Below are positions 38,521-48,442 of a DNA stretch of 64,000 nucleotides, one piece after another (position 1 is the stretch's first letter; each line of letters opens with the position of its first letter). The position numbers were made by a program, and so were the translations under genes. A model generated the notes under the pieces. That model did not search any database. It saw only the letters and a program-made list of their open reading frames with translations, and had not been told where the DNA came from. The DNA comes from a virus: positions 32,001 through 96,000 of IMG/VR virus record IMGVR_UViG_3300025436_000002. The stretch is one strand, 5' to 3'.

Positions 38521-38838
38521 ATGTCAGAAGAATTTATACCTTTAGCAGACCGTATAATTTTAGAGATTCTTGATCAAGACTTGAAAGGTTTTGAAGAATC
38601 AGCAGGAGGTCTATTCATACCTAAGGAAGACAAGAAGGATATAACCATTAGAGCTAAAGTTTTAAGTGTTGGAGCAGGTGCCTTATTAGCTAACGGAACG
38701 AGGACAAAAACTGAAGTTAGTGTGGGAGATATAGTCATGTTAGACAATATGACAGGACTTACAACAAAGATGAATAGAAAAAAAATATTGATAGTAGCTG
38801 AGCGAAACATCATAGCCATCATAAGAGATGTAGAATAA
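38521..38838 (+). CDS. groES: co-chaperonin GroES
   Basis: PLADRII, SAGGLFIP, VLSVGAG, VSVGDIV, ERNIIAII. Confidence 0.95.
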   Translation: MSEEFIPLADRIILEILDQDLKGFEESAGGLFIPKEDKKDITIRAKVLSVGAGALLANGTRTKTEVSVGDIVMLDNMTGLTTKMNRKKILIVAERNIIAIIRDVE

Positions 38839-38900
38839 GTAACAATAACTTAATAAATTAGAAAGATAGACTTGTAATTGAGTCTATCTTTTGTTATACT
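38839..38900 (+). promoter_or_regulatory. sigma70-type promoter/stem-loop cassette
   Basis: GTAACAATA element; TTGTAA-N17-TATACT; inverted repeat AAAGATAGACT/AGTCTATCTTT. Confidence 0.78.
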
Positions 38901-38934
38901 AGTTATGTAAGATTAATTAAAAGGGGACTAGATT

Positions 38935-39150
38935 ATGGCATATGATAAAGGTTATGAAATATGTGAGCATTATACTAAGTTACCTAAAAAAGAGTTGATT
39001 AGCTTATGTGTAGAGATTGCAGAAGAGACTGAGCTATTCTGTGATAAAGGGGATTACATAGTAGGACTTAAAAAACTAACAGTTAAGAAACTAGCAGTAA
39101 CTCTAAGAAGCCTCGAGTTTAGAAAAGAATTTATGAATAAAGATAAGTAG
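38935..39150 (+). CDS. hypothetical protein
   Basis: ORF track; downstream of promoter cassette. Confidence 0.75.
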   Translation: MAYDKGYEICEHYTKLPKKELISLCVEIAEETELFCDKGDYIVGLKKLTVKKLAVTLRSLEFRKEFMNKDK

Positions 39151-39154
39151 GCTA

Positions 39155-39182
39155 TTGACTTTATTTTCAGATATGCTATACT
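39155..39182 (+). promoter_or_regulatory. sigma70-type promoter
   Basis: TTGACT-N16-TATACT with TG extension. Confidence 0.65.
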
Positions 39183-39203
39183 TAAATAAAGAGGAGATTT
39201 AAT

Positions 39204-39443
39204 ATGAGCATGTGTAACTATTGCCATTCACCTAGAATAGATAAAGACTCTTTGAAGTATGAGGATAATTACTATTGCTCCTTGGAATGCTTCTATAACG
39301 CTAGGTCTAAATATAAATGTGAGTCTACTAGGGAGGAGTTAGTAGATAAAATATCAGACTTAGAAAGTCAGATAGAATCTTTAGAGGAAGAGAACTCTGA
39401 GTTAGGTAATAAGGTAGACGAGTATGAAGAATACAAGGGGTAA
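39204..39443 (+). CDS. Zn-finger/coiled-coil hypothetical protein (possible frameshift near the 3' end)
   Basis: CNYC...YCSLEC; coiled coil; another frame continues to 39528. Confidence 0.75.
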   Translation: MSMCNYCHSPRIDKDSLKYEDNYYCSLECFYNARSKYKCESTREELVDKISDLESQIESLEEENSELGNKVDEYEEYKG

Positions 39444-39531
39444 GGTTAACAAAGCTAGTCTCCTTATAGATCAGTTAGATATTTCCCTAGATGACATCAC
39501 TGAGATACAAAAACTATTGGAGGATTAGTAT

Positions 39532-40125
39532 ATGGGAAATTTGTATATAGGAATAGAAACGACAGGTCTAAATGTTCATGAAGATGATATAATAAGGATA
39601 GCCATGCTTGTTGAAGAAGGTGGCAGGGTAAAAGAGAACTTTAAAATAAATCTTATTAAGCCTAGATCAGGAAGACTTCCATCCTCTATATCAAAAGAAT
39701 CTCTAGCCATAAATGGTATTAAGTTAGATGATTTAAGAAATGGAACAGATCCAGAGAGAGTAGCCTACTCAGTAATATCATTCTTAAAAGAGAATAGTAA
39801 CAATGGAAAAAGTAGGCTTAGATTGGTAACTTATAATTTAAAGTTTACTCTAGCTTTCCTAGCTAATTTTATAAAAACAAACACAGAGTATTCATTTACT
39901 AACTATTTAAGTAGTAGACCTTTAAGTATTAAAGAGGTAATACCTTTTGTAGAAATAAGTACTAGACATTACTTTAAGGATGCAAAATTTAGAACGATAT
40001 GCGGGGACTACGGTATTCAATTCACAGACGGGGATACTGAATCCAAGATTGAAGCCATGAGGTTACTTACAGATGGTATAACTAAGTCTATTAAAAGAGG
40101 AGAGATTATTCAATGCTCCAGCTAA
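39532..40125 (+). CDS. DnaQ-like (DEDD) exonuclease, catalytic residues degenerate
   Basis: YIGIETTGL, SLAINGI, VTYNLKFT align to DEDDh motifs but lack key Asp/His. Confidence 0.75.
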   Translation: MGNLYIGIETTGLNVHEDDIIRIAMLVEEGGRVKENFKINLIKPRSGRLPSSISKESLAINGIKLDDLRNGTDPERVAYSVISFLKENSNNGKSRLRLVTYNLKFTLAFLANFIKTNTEYSFTNYLSSRPLSIKEVIPFVEISTRHYFKDAKFRTICGDYGIQFTDGDTESKIEAMRLLTDGITKSIKRGEIIQCSS

Positions 40126-40868
40126 ATAGTGTATATCTCGGAGATTGCCTAGAAGTTATGAAGGTTATAGATAATAAGTCCGTAGATATGATTCTAGGAG
40201 ACCTCCCTTACGCTGTTACAAACTCCTGTAAGTGGGACATATTAATACCCTTTGAACCTTTGTGGGAACAATATGAGAGAGTGATAAAAGATAACGGTTG
40301 TATCGCCTTGACAGCTTCGAATAAATTTCAATATAAACTTGTAGGAAGCAACTTAGATTTATTTAAATATGAATGGATTTGGGAAAAAACTAAGGCTACT
40401 GGATTTTTTAATTGTAAGAAACGTCCACTAGCTGCACATGAGTTTGTAAATATCTTCTATAAGAAACAACCCACATACAATGCTCAAAAAACACAAGGAC
40501 ATAAACCTGTCAATAGTTATACAAAGTACTTAGATGTAGCTAATAAGTCAGAAGTGTATGGAAAAAGTAACGTAGAGTTCTCAGGCGGAGGGAGTACTGA
40601 AAGATATCCTAGAAGTGTACTTAAATTCAAGTCAGATACTCAGACAAGTTCCTTCCATCAGACACAGAAACCTTTAGCTCTCATGGAGTATATGATTAAG
40701 ACTTACACCAACGAAGGGGACTTAGTTTTGGATAATTGTGCGGGTAGTGGAACAACATGTATAGCAGCAATAAATACTAACAGAAATTATATAGGTATAG
40801 AAAAAGATGAAAGCTACTTTGGTATAGCTAATAAACGTATTAAAGAACATAAGGAGAAATCTAATTGA
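40113..40868 (+). CDS. DNA amino-methyltransferase (N6-A/N4-C, beta class)
   Basis: GDCLEVM, DLPY, HQTQKP, VLDNCAGSGTT. Confidence 0.93.
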   Translation: MLQLNSVYLGDCLEVMKVIDNKSVDMILGDLPYAVTNSCKWDILIPFEPLWEQYERVIKDNGCIALTASNKFQYKLVGSNLDLFKYEWIWEKTKATGFFNCKKRPLAAHEFVNIFYKKQPTYNAQKTQGHKPVNSYTKYLDVANKSEVYGKSNVEFSGGGSTERYPRSVLKFKSDTQTSSFHQTQKPLALMEYMIKTYTNEGDLVLDNCAGSGTTCIAAINTNRNYIGIEKDESYFGIANKRIKEHKEKSN

Positions 40869-42121
40869 AAAAAAGTGACTTACTAGATAAAATAGAAGAG
40901 TTAGAACTTACACACTTAATACCTGAGAGGGCTACCAATAAAGACTTAGAGATGGTCATGGGAACAGATTACTTCAATAAGCATCCCGAAGTACAGACAT
41001 GGGGCATGAAGAGAAGACTATTTGATTTACAGAATCCCCAACTCTGTTTTAACTTTAAAGAATTAAAACCTCAAGAGCAAGAAGATATGCTCAAGAGTCC
41101 AGACTGGCTTGCTGAAACTAAGATTGATGGAATGAGATGTATAATAACATACCACCCAGACTACGGATTTGAATTCTTCTCAAGGGATATATCTGAATTA
41201 ACTTTCTTACCGAATAACTATACTGATAAAATAGTCATGATAAAGGATAACATTGTTAAGTATCCTAAGAGCTATAAAGGAGTATTTAAGCAATCTTTTA
41301 TACTAGACGGGGAAGTGTTAGTATCTAATAAGATGTTAGATACTACAGCCCATGGAGGAGGCTTCTCAATAACAGAATTAAATGCTACAGTCTCAATTCT
41401 TGGTTCTCTTCCAGAAAGAGCAAGAGAGATTCAACTAGATGGCAACCCTCTAAAATTCTGTGTGTTTGATTGCCTAGAGATAGGAGATACTGATATATCT
41501 AAGAAACCATATAGAGAGAGAAGAAAGTACCTACTCAAACTTTTAAGCATGGTTAAGGGAGTTACTCCTTTTGAACTACCTGAGAGTACTATTGAAAATA
41601 AACAAGAGTTCTTTGATAGGCTAGTTTCAGAGGGAAACGAAGGAGTGGTTCTTAAGAATATGAATGAACCTTACCATGCTACAACGTCTAGGAATAGAAG
41701 AGTTCAAGTTAAAATGAAGAGAACCATGTCGGGAGCTTTGAATCAAGATATCGACGTATTCATCTCTGGAAGTATACTTCCTAAGAAGAACTCAGCTCTA
41801 CATGTCTTAAATTTAATAGGGGGTATTAAAGTATCCTTATTTATAAAAGAACTTGATGGGACTGAGACGGAGCATTGGATTGGTACAGTCTCAGGGATTA
41901 CAGATTCATTACGGAAAAAAATGACTATCGAAGATGAGTTCGGAAATCCTACATTAAATCCAGAATACTACGGCAAGGTCATGGTGGTTGAAGGACAAGA
42001 TATAAGCTCTGTAAATCTCCGCCTTAGCCATGCCAGAGCCTTATCTTGGGCATTTAGATCGGATAAGAATTCATCAGATTGCTTAATGACTCGAGAAGAT
42101 CTTATGAGTCAAGTACTCTAG
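40865..42121 (+). CDS. lig: ATP-dependent DNA ligase
   Basis: ETKIDGMR, ILDGEV, VFDCL, EGVVLK, VKMK. Confidence 0.92.
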   Translation: MKKSDLLDKIEELELTHLIPERATNKDLEMVMGTDYFNKHPEVQTWGMKRRLFDLQNPQLCFNFKELKPQEQEDMLKSPDWLAETKIDGMRCIITYHPDYGFEFFSRDISELTFLPNNYTDKIVMIKDNIVKYPKSYKGVFKQSFILDGEVLVSNKMLDTTAHGGGFSITELNATVSILGSLPERAREIQLDGNPLKFCVFDCLEIGDTDISKKPYRERRKYLLKLLSMVKGVTPFELPESTIENKQEFFDRLVSEGNEGVVLKNMNEPYHATTSRNRRVQVKMKRTMSGALNQDIDVFISGSILPKKNSALHVLNLIGGIKVSLFIKELDGTETEHWIGTVSGITDSLRKKMTIEDEFGNPTLNPEYYGKVMVVEGQDISSVNLRLSHARALSWAFRSDKNSSDCLMTREDLMSQVL

Positions 42122-42161
42122 AATTCATAGTTACATTAAATCTTGAAAGGTAGTCATAGTT

Positions 42162-42866
42162 ATGATGTATCAAGGGAGCAAAAGAATGTTGGCTAAAGAA
42201 CTGATACCTATTATTCTAAAGGATCGAGTAGGGGGTCAATACTATGTAGAACCTTTTGTGGGAGGAGCTAATTTAATACAATTTGTAGATGGAAATTGTA
42301 TTGGAGGGGACTCTAATAAATACGTAATAGCCCATTTGAATAAGATAAAAGAAGATACTTCATGGGTATATGAATCAGCTAAAGACTTTAAACGTGAGAA
42401 TTACTATGAGATAAGAGATAACTTAGATAACTATGAACCTTATCTTATAGGGCATGTAGCTTATAATCTTTCTTTCGGAGGCAAGTGGTTTGGGGGATGG
42501 CAGTCCAATAAGAGAGGAGATGACTTGGTAGCAGCTGGGTATATACATGTTCTTAGACAATCCGAGAAAATAAAGCACATCCATTTTACATGTTGTGAAT
42601 ACTCTGAACTACCCCTCCCATGTAACTCCATAATATACTGTGACCCCCCATATAAGGGAACGGAGAAGTACAAGAATATTCAATTTGATTACGATTTATT
42701 CTACCAATGGTGTATCCAGAAGAGGTCAGAGGGGCATCAAATATTCATCTCAGAGTATGAGATGCCTAGTTATTTTAAGTGTATTTGGGAAAAGCAAGTC
42801 CGTATGGGAATGGATTGTAAAACAAACGGACTTAGAAGAGTTGAGAGACTCTTCACGCTAAAGTAA
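42162..42866 (+). CDS. DNA adenine methyltransferase (Dam/D12 class)
   Basis: YQGSK, YVEPFVGGA, YCDPPY, FISEY. Confidence 0.92.
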   Translation: MMYQGSKRMLAKELIPIILKDRVGGQYYVEPFVGGANLIQFVDGNCIGGDSNKYVIAHLNKIKEDTSWVYESAKDFKRENYYEIRDNLDNYEPYLIGHVAYNLSFGGKWFGGWQSNKRGDDLVAAGYIHVLRQSEKIKHIHFTCCEYSELPLPCNSIIYCDPPYKGTEKYKNIQFDYDLFYQWCIQKRSEGHQIFISEYEMPSYFKCIWEKQVRMGMDCKTNGLRRVERLFTLK

Positions 42867-42888
42867 TAAAACTTTACAAAACACCCAC

Positions 42889-42917
42889 TTGACTTCCATT
42901 AAATCATGTGTTATACT
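42889..42917 (+). promoter_or_regulatory. sigma70-type promoter
   Basis: TTGACT-N17-TATACT with TG extension. Confidence 0.8.
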
Positions 42918-42956
42918 AGTTAGGAACGCTTTTATACGAAAATAGAGAGGGCAATA

Positions 42957-43334
42957 ATGGAGAATTTAACAGCGTCTTCAATGCTTCAGGTACAACTTAA
43001 GGATGCTTCTATGGCTTTTGAAAGTTCACTAAGATCAGAACTTACAGATTATAATACAACTATTAAGGACTACGAGCTGAGGATAAACAACAGCCTTGAT
43101 CTTCAGTATCAGGCAACATACTTAGTTAGTATAACAACTAGAATGTTACATCTTAATAAGGAAAACATAAAAGGATCTGATGCTTTGAAGTACCGAAAAG
43201 AGAACGACAACTTACAGACATGGTTGGAATATTATAGAGGTCATGTGTACACTTTCTCATCTCGGGCAAAAGTTTTGAGTGACTTACTAAAGTCAAAATT
43301 ATTATCAAATCCTGATGTCAAGTTTCAACAATAG
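42957..43334 (+). CDS. hypothetical helical protein
   Basis: ORF track; RBS. Confidence 0.75.
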   Translation: MENLTASSMLQVQLKDASMAFESSLRSELTDYNTTIKDYELRINNSLDLQYQATYLVSITTRMLHLNKENIKGSDALKYRKENDNLQTWLEYYRGHVYTFSSRAKVLSDLLKSKLLSNPDVKFQQ

Positions 43335-43348
43335 AGAGGATTTAGAAT

Positions 43349-43663
43349 ATGAGACCAACTCCCGAATATTATCGTAGAATCCAAGAAGAGTTAGCAAGTT
43401 TAGGTATCTATCTGGATAGTAGGGATATATTTGCTTTAGTTAAGATAGTTCTGGGAAGTTTATTCGATACTGTAAAAAGTACTGAGAGTAAGGTATACAT
43501 AGGAGGTAATAAAGATATAGTTGTAAGTCCCTATATACGAGGAATTAAAGTAATATTTAATAAGGGGTATAGGAATACAAAGAAGATTATTCGCATGACT
43601 GATGCTACAAGTATAAGAGTATTTGATCATATGTTTTCAGAAGTGTTTGATAAGTTTAAGTAG
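43349..43663 (+). CDS. hypothetical protein
   Basis: ORF track; RBS. Confidence 0.75.
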   Translation: MRPTPEYYRRIQEELASLGIYLDSRDIFALVKIVLGSLFDTVKSTESKVYIGGNKDIVVSPYIRGIKVIFNKGYRNTKKIIRMTDATSIRVFDHMFSEVFDKFK

Positions 43664-43687
43664 TAATAGTGAAGAGGAGATTTTAAC

Positions 43688-44479
43688 ATGGCATTTGGAA
43701 AAGATTTTAAATTCGGAGAAAAGACTACAGGAAACGGTGTTCCTAAGTTTAAGCTAGTTGACGGAGAGAATAAGTTTATCACGATACTGGATATAAATGA
43801 CACTATAGTATCTAGAACTCACTACATTCAACCCTTAGGATATTTCAACTGTTGGCAAACCATAGATGACGATGGAATTGTAAAACAAGGAAGTTGTTGT
43901 AAAGCAATAGGAAGCCTACCCGACGGTAATCCTAAATGTGGTGAGAAGTTAATCCTTCCAGTAGCAATATATACCCCAACGGGTAAGAATACATGTGCTC
44001 CTCCAGTACAATTTGCAAGACTTGAACTGACCTCTAAAGCATATGATCAACTTGTGAGAGCCTTGGAAGAGGAAGAAGTTACCATAGAGGAAGCAGTTAC
44101 TAAAGTAATAAAGGTAACTGGAGTCGCTTCGGGTACTGGAAAATTTGCCCACGTCGCTATGGAGTTTAGGGTTAAGGGAACAAGTCTTATTAAATCAGAT
44201 CCATCTCTTAAGGTACAAGCTCAAGAGTTCTTAGCTAAATACAATGAGACAATTAAAGATTCTTTAGGTAAAACTATAACCGAGGCTAAATTATTTGAGT
44301 TGATAGATGATTTGAATATAGTTGAAGGAGAGATAACTGAGAATGAACCAAACACAGCTCCTAAAACACAAAACCTTCCCGATGAAAAAATGAATTTTCC
44401 AGTTATCGAAGAGGACGAGTTTGACTATGACGGTATAGATTTGAACTCAGTACTTGATGATGAATTTATGAATGATTAG
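43688..44479 (+). CDS. putative single-stranded DNA-binding protein
   Basis: Strong RBS; His/Cys cluster; very acidic C-terminal tail; next to RuvC and RecA. Confidence 0.65.
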   Translation: MAFGKDFKFGEKTTGNGVPKFKLVDGENKFITILDINDTIVSRTHYIQPLGYFNCWQTIDDDGIVKQGSCCKAIGSLPDGNPKCGEKLILPVAIYTPTGKNTCAPPVQFARLELTSKAYDQLVRALEEEEVTIEEAVTKVIKVTGVASGTGKFAHVAMEFRVKGTSLIKSDPSLKVQAQEFLAKYNETIKDSLGKTITEAKLFELIDDLNIVEGEITENEPNTAPKTQNLPDEKMNFPVIEEDEFDYDGIDLNSVLDDEFMND

Positions 44480-44543
44480 TTGAAGTGTTAAGAGTGGGAA
44501 GATTTTAATCTTCCCACACATTCCCCACCATTAAGGAGATTAG

Positions 44544-45059
44544 ATGGGTGTAATCAAAATGTACGGTGGAATTGATCCTGGATTTTCGGGGGCTATTGGA
44601 ATTATAGATGATAAGTGCAACTTAATAGATGTAATACCATGTCCACTCCTTATCATAAAGACAGGTAAGAAGAAGATTGTAAATCTTAAAAAAGTAGAAG
44701 AGACTAGAAAAAGAGTAGATGGAACTAAGTTAGCAGAGATACTAAGACCCTATACTAAAGTTAAATTTGTAATAGAACATTCGCAGAGTATGCCAGGTCA
44801 AGGTGGAGTATCCATATTCAATTATGGAGAGGGGTATGGAGTCTATCGAGGAGTGTTAGAAACATTAGGAATAGACTATATAGAAGTGAGTGCACCAGTC
44901 TGGAAAAGTAAAATGAAACTCAACAGTGATAAGTACCTTTCGATAGCTATGGCTCAAGAATTGATACCTAGCTGTAAGGATAAAGTTAAGTTAAGAAAAG
45001 ATGACGGGAAAGCAGAAGCATGCTTGCTAGCCCTGTACCTAAAAGAATTTGTAAAATAA
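44544..45059 (+). CDS. ruvC: Holliday junction resolvase (RuvC-like)
   Basis: GIDPGFSGA, VIE, FNYGEGYG, WK, DDGKAEA. Confidence 0.92.
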   Translation: MGVIKMYGGIDPGFSGAIGIIDDKCNLIDVIPCPLLIIKTGKKKIVNLKKVEETRKRVDGTKLAEILRPYTKVKFVIEHSQSMPGQGGVSIFNYGEGYGVYRGVLETLGIDYIEVSAPVWKSKMKLNSDKYLSIAMAQELIPSCKDKVKLRKDDGKAEACLLALYLKEFVK

Positions 45060-45073
45060 AGAGGAGACTAGGA

Positions 45074-46222
45074 ATGGCTAAAGCTAAAGCTAAAACTACA
45101 ACAAACAATTATAGAGCCGATATATCTATGAGTGATGAAGACTTTCTCAATGAGTATGTCTTTGGGGATGTCGATAAGAAACTTAAGGAAGTTGATATCC
45201 CTCCGATAGAGACAGGTCTAATTCCTTTAGATATAATACTTCATGGAGGAATTCGTCTCGGAGATATTATAATGTTCTACTCTGGAGAAGGAGTTGGTAA
45301 GTCTACAATATGTCTTCAGTTGTCAAGAAAAATGATAGAGAAACACAATAAGAAAGTATTGTATATAGATGTTGAATCTGGGGTAAGAAATCAAATAGAA
45401 GATTTTAAACTCAAGAAACATCTAGAGGATAGAAATTTTAACTACATTGATAGACTTAAATCTGTAGATGAGATTGAAAAACTATTTGATGGTATATTAG
45501 CTAAGAAGGAGTTGCCTTTTGATGTACTGATATTAGATTCTATATCTAACGTAATTCCCTCAACTCTATTAACTCGTTCTGTCGTAGACCCTATGATGGC
45601 AGGACAAGCTAAAGAGATAACATCATTACTTCAAAAGTATAGAGTACTCTTTAAAGAAAGAGGAATTATTTTCTTAATAATTAACCAAGAGAGAGCTAAC
45701 TTAAAAGCTCAAACAAAATATGATCCAGCTTTTAAAGTAGCAGGATGTAAGGCGATAGTTTACACACCCGATGTAACTATTAAGTTATCTAATGGGGAGC
45801 CTATCAAAGAGAATAGAAAGACAATAAATGGTATAGAGGAGATTGAGGTAGGTCGTTTCTTAAAAGCAGTTGCTATTAAGAATAGAAAAGGTAACGGCAA
45901 GATAACTGTACAATTCCCTATAAGATTCGGAGCAGGTATTTCAAATGTAATGTTCTTAGCTAAGATGTTGAAAGATAAAGGGTATGTTAAAACAGCAGGG
46001 GCGTATACTAAAACTTCATTACTTCCTAACCCTAAAGGAGGGGAGTGGAGTCTAAAAGGTAAGGCAGGTCTTGAGGAGTGGGTAGATCAAAACTATGACG
46101 CTATAAATGCTATACTAAAATCAGAGGGGGCATTTGAGTTAATGATATCAAAAGATGTATTAGATGTTACAGATGAAGAAGTGACTGTAGAAAATGATGA
46201 CGATTTCGTAGTTAACTTTTAG
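45074..46222 (+). CDS. recA: RecA/UvsX-like recombinase
   Basis: ETGLIPLDIILHGG, SGEGVGKST, YIDVE, ILDS, INQER, KNR; start at 45074 (GAGGAG RBS). Confidence 0.93.
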   Translation: MAKAKAKTTTNNYRADISMSDEDFLNEYVFGDVDKKLKEVDIPPIETGLIPLDIILHGGIRLGDIIMFYSGEGVGKSTICLQLSRKMIEKHNKKVLYIDVESGVRNQIEDFKLKKHLEDRNFNYIDRLKSVDEIEKLFDGILAKKELPFDVLILDSISNVIPSTLLTRSVVDPMMAGQAKEITSLLQKYRVLFKERGIIFLIINQERANLKAQTKYDPAFKVAGCKAIVYTPDVTIKLSNGEPIKENRKTINGIEEIEVGRFLKAVAIKNRKGNGKITVQFPIRFGAGISNVMFLAKMLKDKGYVKTAGAYTKTSLLPNPKGGEWSLKGKAGLEEWVDQNYDAINAILKSEGAFELMISKDVLDVTDEEVTVENDDDFVVNF

Positions 46223-46252
46223 GAGTAGATAGTCGATAAAAAGAAGGAGAAT

Positions 46253-46510
46253 ATGAATATGACTTTGACTAAAGAAATGGTAAAGATTGAGAAGAAAGAA
46301 GGAACTACGGAAACTTATCTAATAGTTCTAGAAGGAGAGGAGCAACCTCGTGATGTGATAGCAGAGGTTCATAGTACTATGGATACATTAATGTTCACAT
46401 ACTTCATAGAGAAAGCCTTGACTGAGGATATCTTCGGAACAGATGAGTTCAAGAATTATATCATTGAGTCTAGTGCCAAGTTTCCATTTTTAACGATACC
46501 GACAGAATAG
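46253..46510 (+). CDS. hypothetical protein
   Basis: ORF track; AAGGAG RBS. Confidence 0.75.
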   Translation: MNMTLTKEMVKIEKKEGTTETYLIVLEGEEQPRDVIAEVHSTMDTLMFTYFIEKALTEDIFGTDEFKNYIIESSAKFPFLTIPTE

Positions 46511-46527
46511 GGGAAGGGGAAAATATA

Positions 46528-46818
46528 ATGAGACTGCATTTTGTATTATCCCTAATGTATGTAGTAGAAAGTATTCGTAGAAGATCTACAGAGATACAAG
46601 AGGCACTAACAATAGTAAGGGATGATCTAGTTTTGGGTATTGATCGAGGCAGTCATGTGGATACAAAAGAGAGGATGATACATATTTTCAAAAATCCTTC
46701 ATCAGTTCAAAGAATGCCGATAGATAAAAAAGAGATAGACGGAGCAGTAGCTTTGGTTGGTGAAGATTTAGAATCAAAATTTAAAGAGTACGAAGAATAC
46801 ATAGAATTCAAAGAGTGA
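46528..46818 (+). CDS. hypothetical protein
   Basis: ORF track; RBS. Confidence 0.7.
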   Translation: MRLHFVLSLMYVVESIRRRSTEIQEALTIVRDDLVLGIDRGSHVDTKERMIHIFKNPSSVQRMPIDKKEIDGAVALVGEDLESKFKEYEEYIEFKE

Positions 46819-46828
46819 GGAAGGTGCA

Positions 46829-46969
46829 ATGAAATTAGGTAGAATAAAATTAATATTATTAAAGAGATCATTGAAGGTGGTTAAAGTACTCATAACTAAT
46901 TTAAAGCATATAAGAAACTTACTAAAGAAACTCATTGACAAATTAGAAGGTACGGAATTTCCAGATTAG
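46829..46969 (+). CDS. 46-aa basic amphipathic peptide (below ORF-track cutoff)
   Basis: GAGGAAGG RBS; MKLGRIKLILLKRSLKVVKVLITNLKHIRNLLKKLIDKLEGTEFPD*. Confidence 0.6.
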   Translation: MKLGRIKLILLKRSLKVVKVLITNLKHIRNLLKKLIDKLEGTEFPD

Positions 46970-46993
46970 AATCTAAAGTTAAAATAAATAGAT

Positions 46994-47040
46994 AAAGTCT
47001 AGCTAAGGGGCTAGACTTTTTATTAGGAATGTGCTACAAT
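46994..47040 (+). promoter_or_regulatory. terminator overlapping a sigma70-type promoter
   Basis: AAAGTCTAGC/GCTAGACTTT hairpin plus T run; TAGACT-N17-TACAAT with TG extension. Confidence 0.65.
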
Positions 47041-47060
47041 GATTCTGAAGGAGAACTAGT

Positions 47061-48170
47061 TTGAAGATAAAAATATCAAATTTCCAAAGTATAAAAAGTG
47101 CCCGACTTTATTTTCCTCAAGGAGTCACCACCATAGTAGGACCTTCGAATTCGGGCAAGACCTCAATCATCAGGGCGTTGACGTGTGTACTTACAAATAG
47201 CTCCGACGCTAAATCGTTTATTAAGCATGGGGAGGATAAGACAGAAGTTACATTGAATGACGATAAACTTAATGTTACTTGGTCTAGGACGACTAAGGGG
47301 TCATTCTACGAGATAAAAGGAGAGTTACATCAGAAGGTAGGTAAGACAGACCTATTCGATCTCGTAGAGGATACAGGATTTCTTAGAGATGATGAAGGTA
47401 ACATAATAAACATACAAGACGAGTGGTCTATACTGTTCCCTTTTGATAGAAACCCAGCTCAGATGTATAAACTGTTTGAAAGTACTTTCTCTATAAATAA
47501 TTCATCAGAAGTATTAAAGTATATAAAGGATGATGAAACTTCTCGTAGAAGATTAATAACTGGACATAGTACGGAGTTAAAAAAGAACACTGATAAGTTA
47601 TCTAAGGTGACTCAATTCATAGAAGAGAATCCACTCCAATCATTACATAAGAAGAAGGAAGAACTAACTCAGATAGCTATCAAGTACACAAGTATGAATA
47701 ACGATATGAATATAGTAACAGAAGGTATTAAAACTTTAAATAAGTTGAAGACGCTAGAAAGAAAACAGTTTGATTTATCAGGCATGTCTAAGCTAGTTTC
47801 GTTAGATAAGGATATAAAATATATAGACGGCTACGAAAAGGTAGCAAACTTTAACGAAGAGATAGTTAGGTTTGATTTATCTGGAATCGATAAGCTAGGA
47901 GATATTGATAAGGACATCAAATACATAGAGTCAAATAGTAAGCTTATAGATTTAGATATACCTATTCAGAGATTTGATTTCTCAAAGATAAGTAACTTGA
48001 ATGAATTAAACCATGACCTAGAAGACTTAGCAAAGTTAATAGGCAGTCATCAGAAGTTAAAAGAGAATATAAGGATAGCTACGGATAAGAAGATTGAATT
48101 AGAAAAGAAACTGTCAAGTATTAAGGTATGTCCGTTATGTAGTCAAAGTATAAGTAAGGGGGTAGCATGA
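47061..48170 (+). CDS. SbcC/Rad50-like ATPase, N-terminal half
   Basis: ISNFQS, Walker A GPSNSGKT, coiled coil, ends in Zn hook CPLC. Confidence 0.9.
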   Translation: MKIKISNFQSIKSARLYFPQGVTTIVGPSNSGKTSIIRALTCVLTNSSDAKSFIKHGEDKTEVTLNDDKLNVTWSRTTKGSFYEIKGELHQKVGKTDLFDLVEDTGFLRDDEGNIINIQDEWSILFPFDRNPAQMYKLFESTFSINNSSEVLKYIKDDETSRRRLITGHSTELKKNTDKLSKVTQFIEENPLQSLHKKKEELTQIAIKYTSMNNDMNIVTEGIKTLNKLKTLERKQFDLSGMSKLVSLDKDIKYIDGYEKVANFNEEIVRFDLSGIDKLGDIDKDIKYIESNSKLIDLDIPIQRFDFSKISNLNELNHDLEDLAKLIGSHQKLKENIRIATDKKIELEKKLSSIKVCPLCSQSISKGVA

Positions 48171-48436
48171 ACATAGATGTAAAAGAGTTCGAAGCATTGA
48201 AGAAGGAATTAGAATCCACATATAATGATATAACAAGTATGGAAGCCACAGCTAAGGTAGTAGCTTCTAATGTTAAAGAGAAACTTATGAAGCATGGAGT
48301 TAAGACTCCGCAGGAGTTAAAGAAGTTAAGGGATGATTTAAGTGAGCATGTGTCCGAGGAGTTTAGAAAAGCTAAGGAATATCTTAAAGAAGTTCAGCCT
48401 AAGATAGCAGAAGTTAAGAATGATTTGATTTCATAA
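48167..48436 (+). CDS. coiled-coil protein (possible third SbcC fragment)
   Basis: ATGA overlap with the SbcC N-half; heptad pattern. Confidence 0.65.
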   Translation: MNIDVKEFEALKKELESTYNDITSMEATAKVVASNVKEKLMKHGVKTPQELKKLRDDLSEHVSEEFRKAKEYLKEVQPKIAEVKNDLIS

Positions 48437-48442
48437 GGAGGT

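Noticed and set aside
42640-42861. Alternative-frame 73-aa ORF inside the Dam-like methyltransferase
   Set aside because: No RBS, no motif, fully nested in a conserved gene
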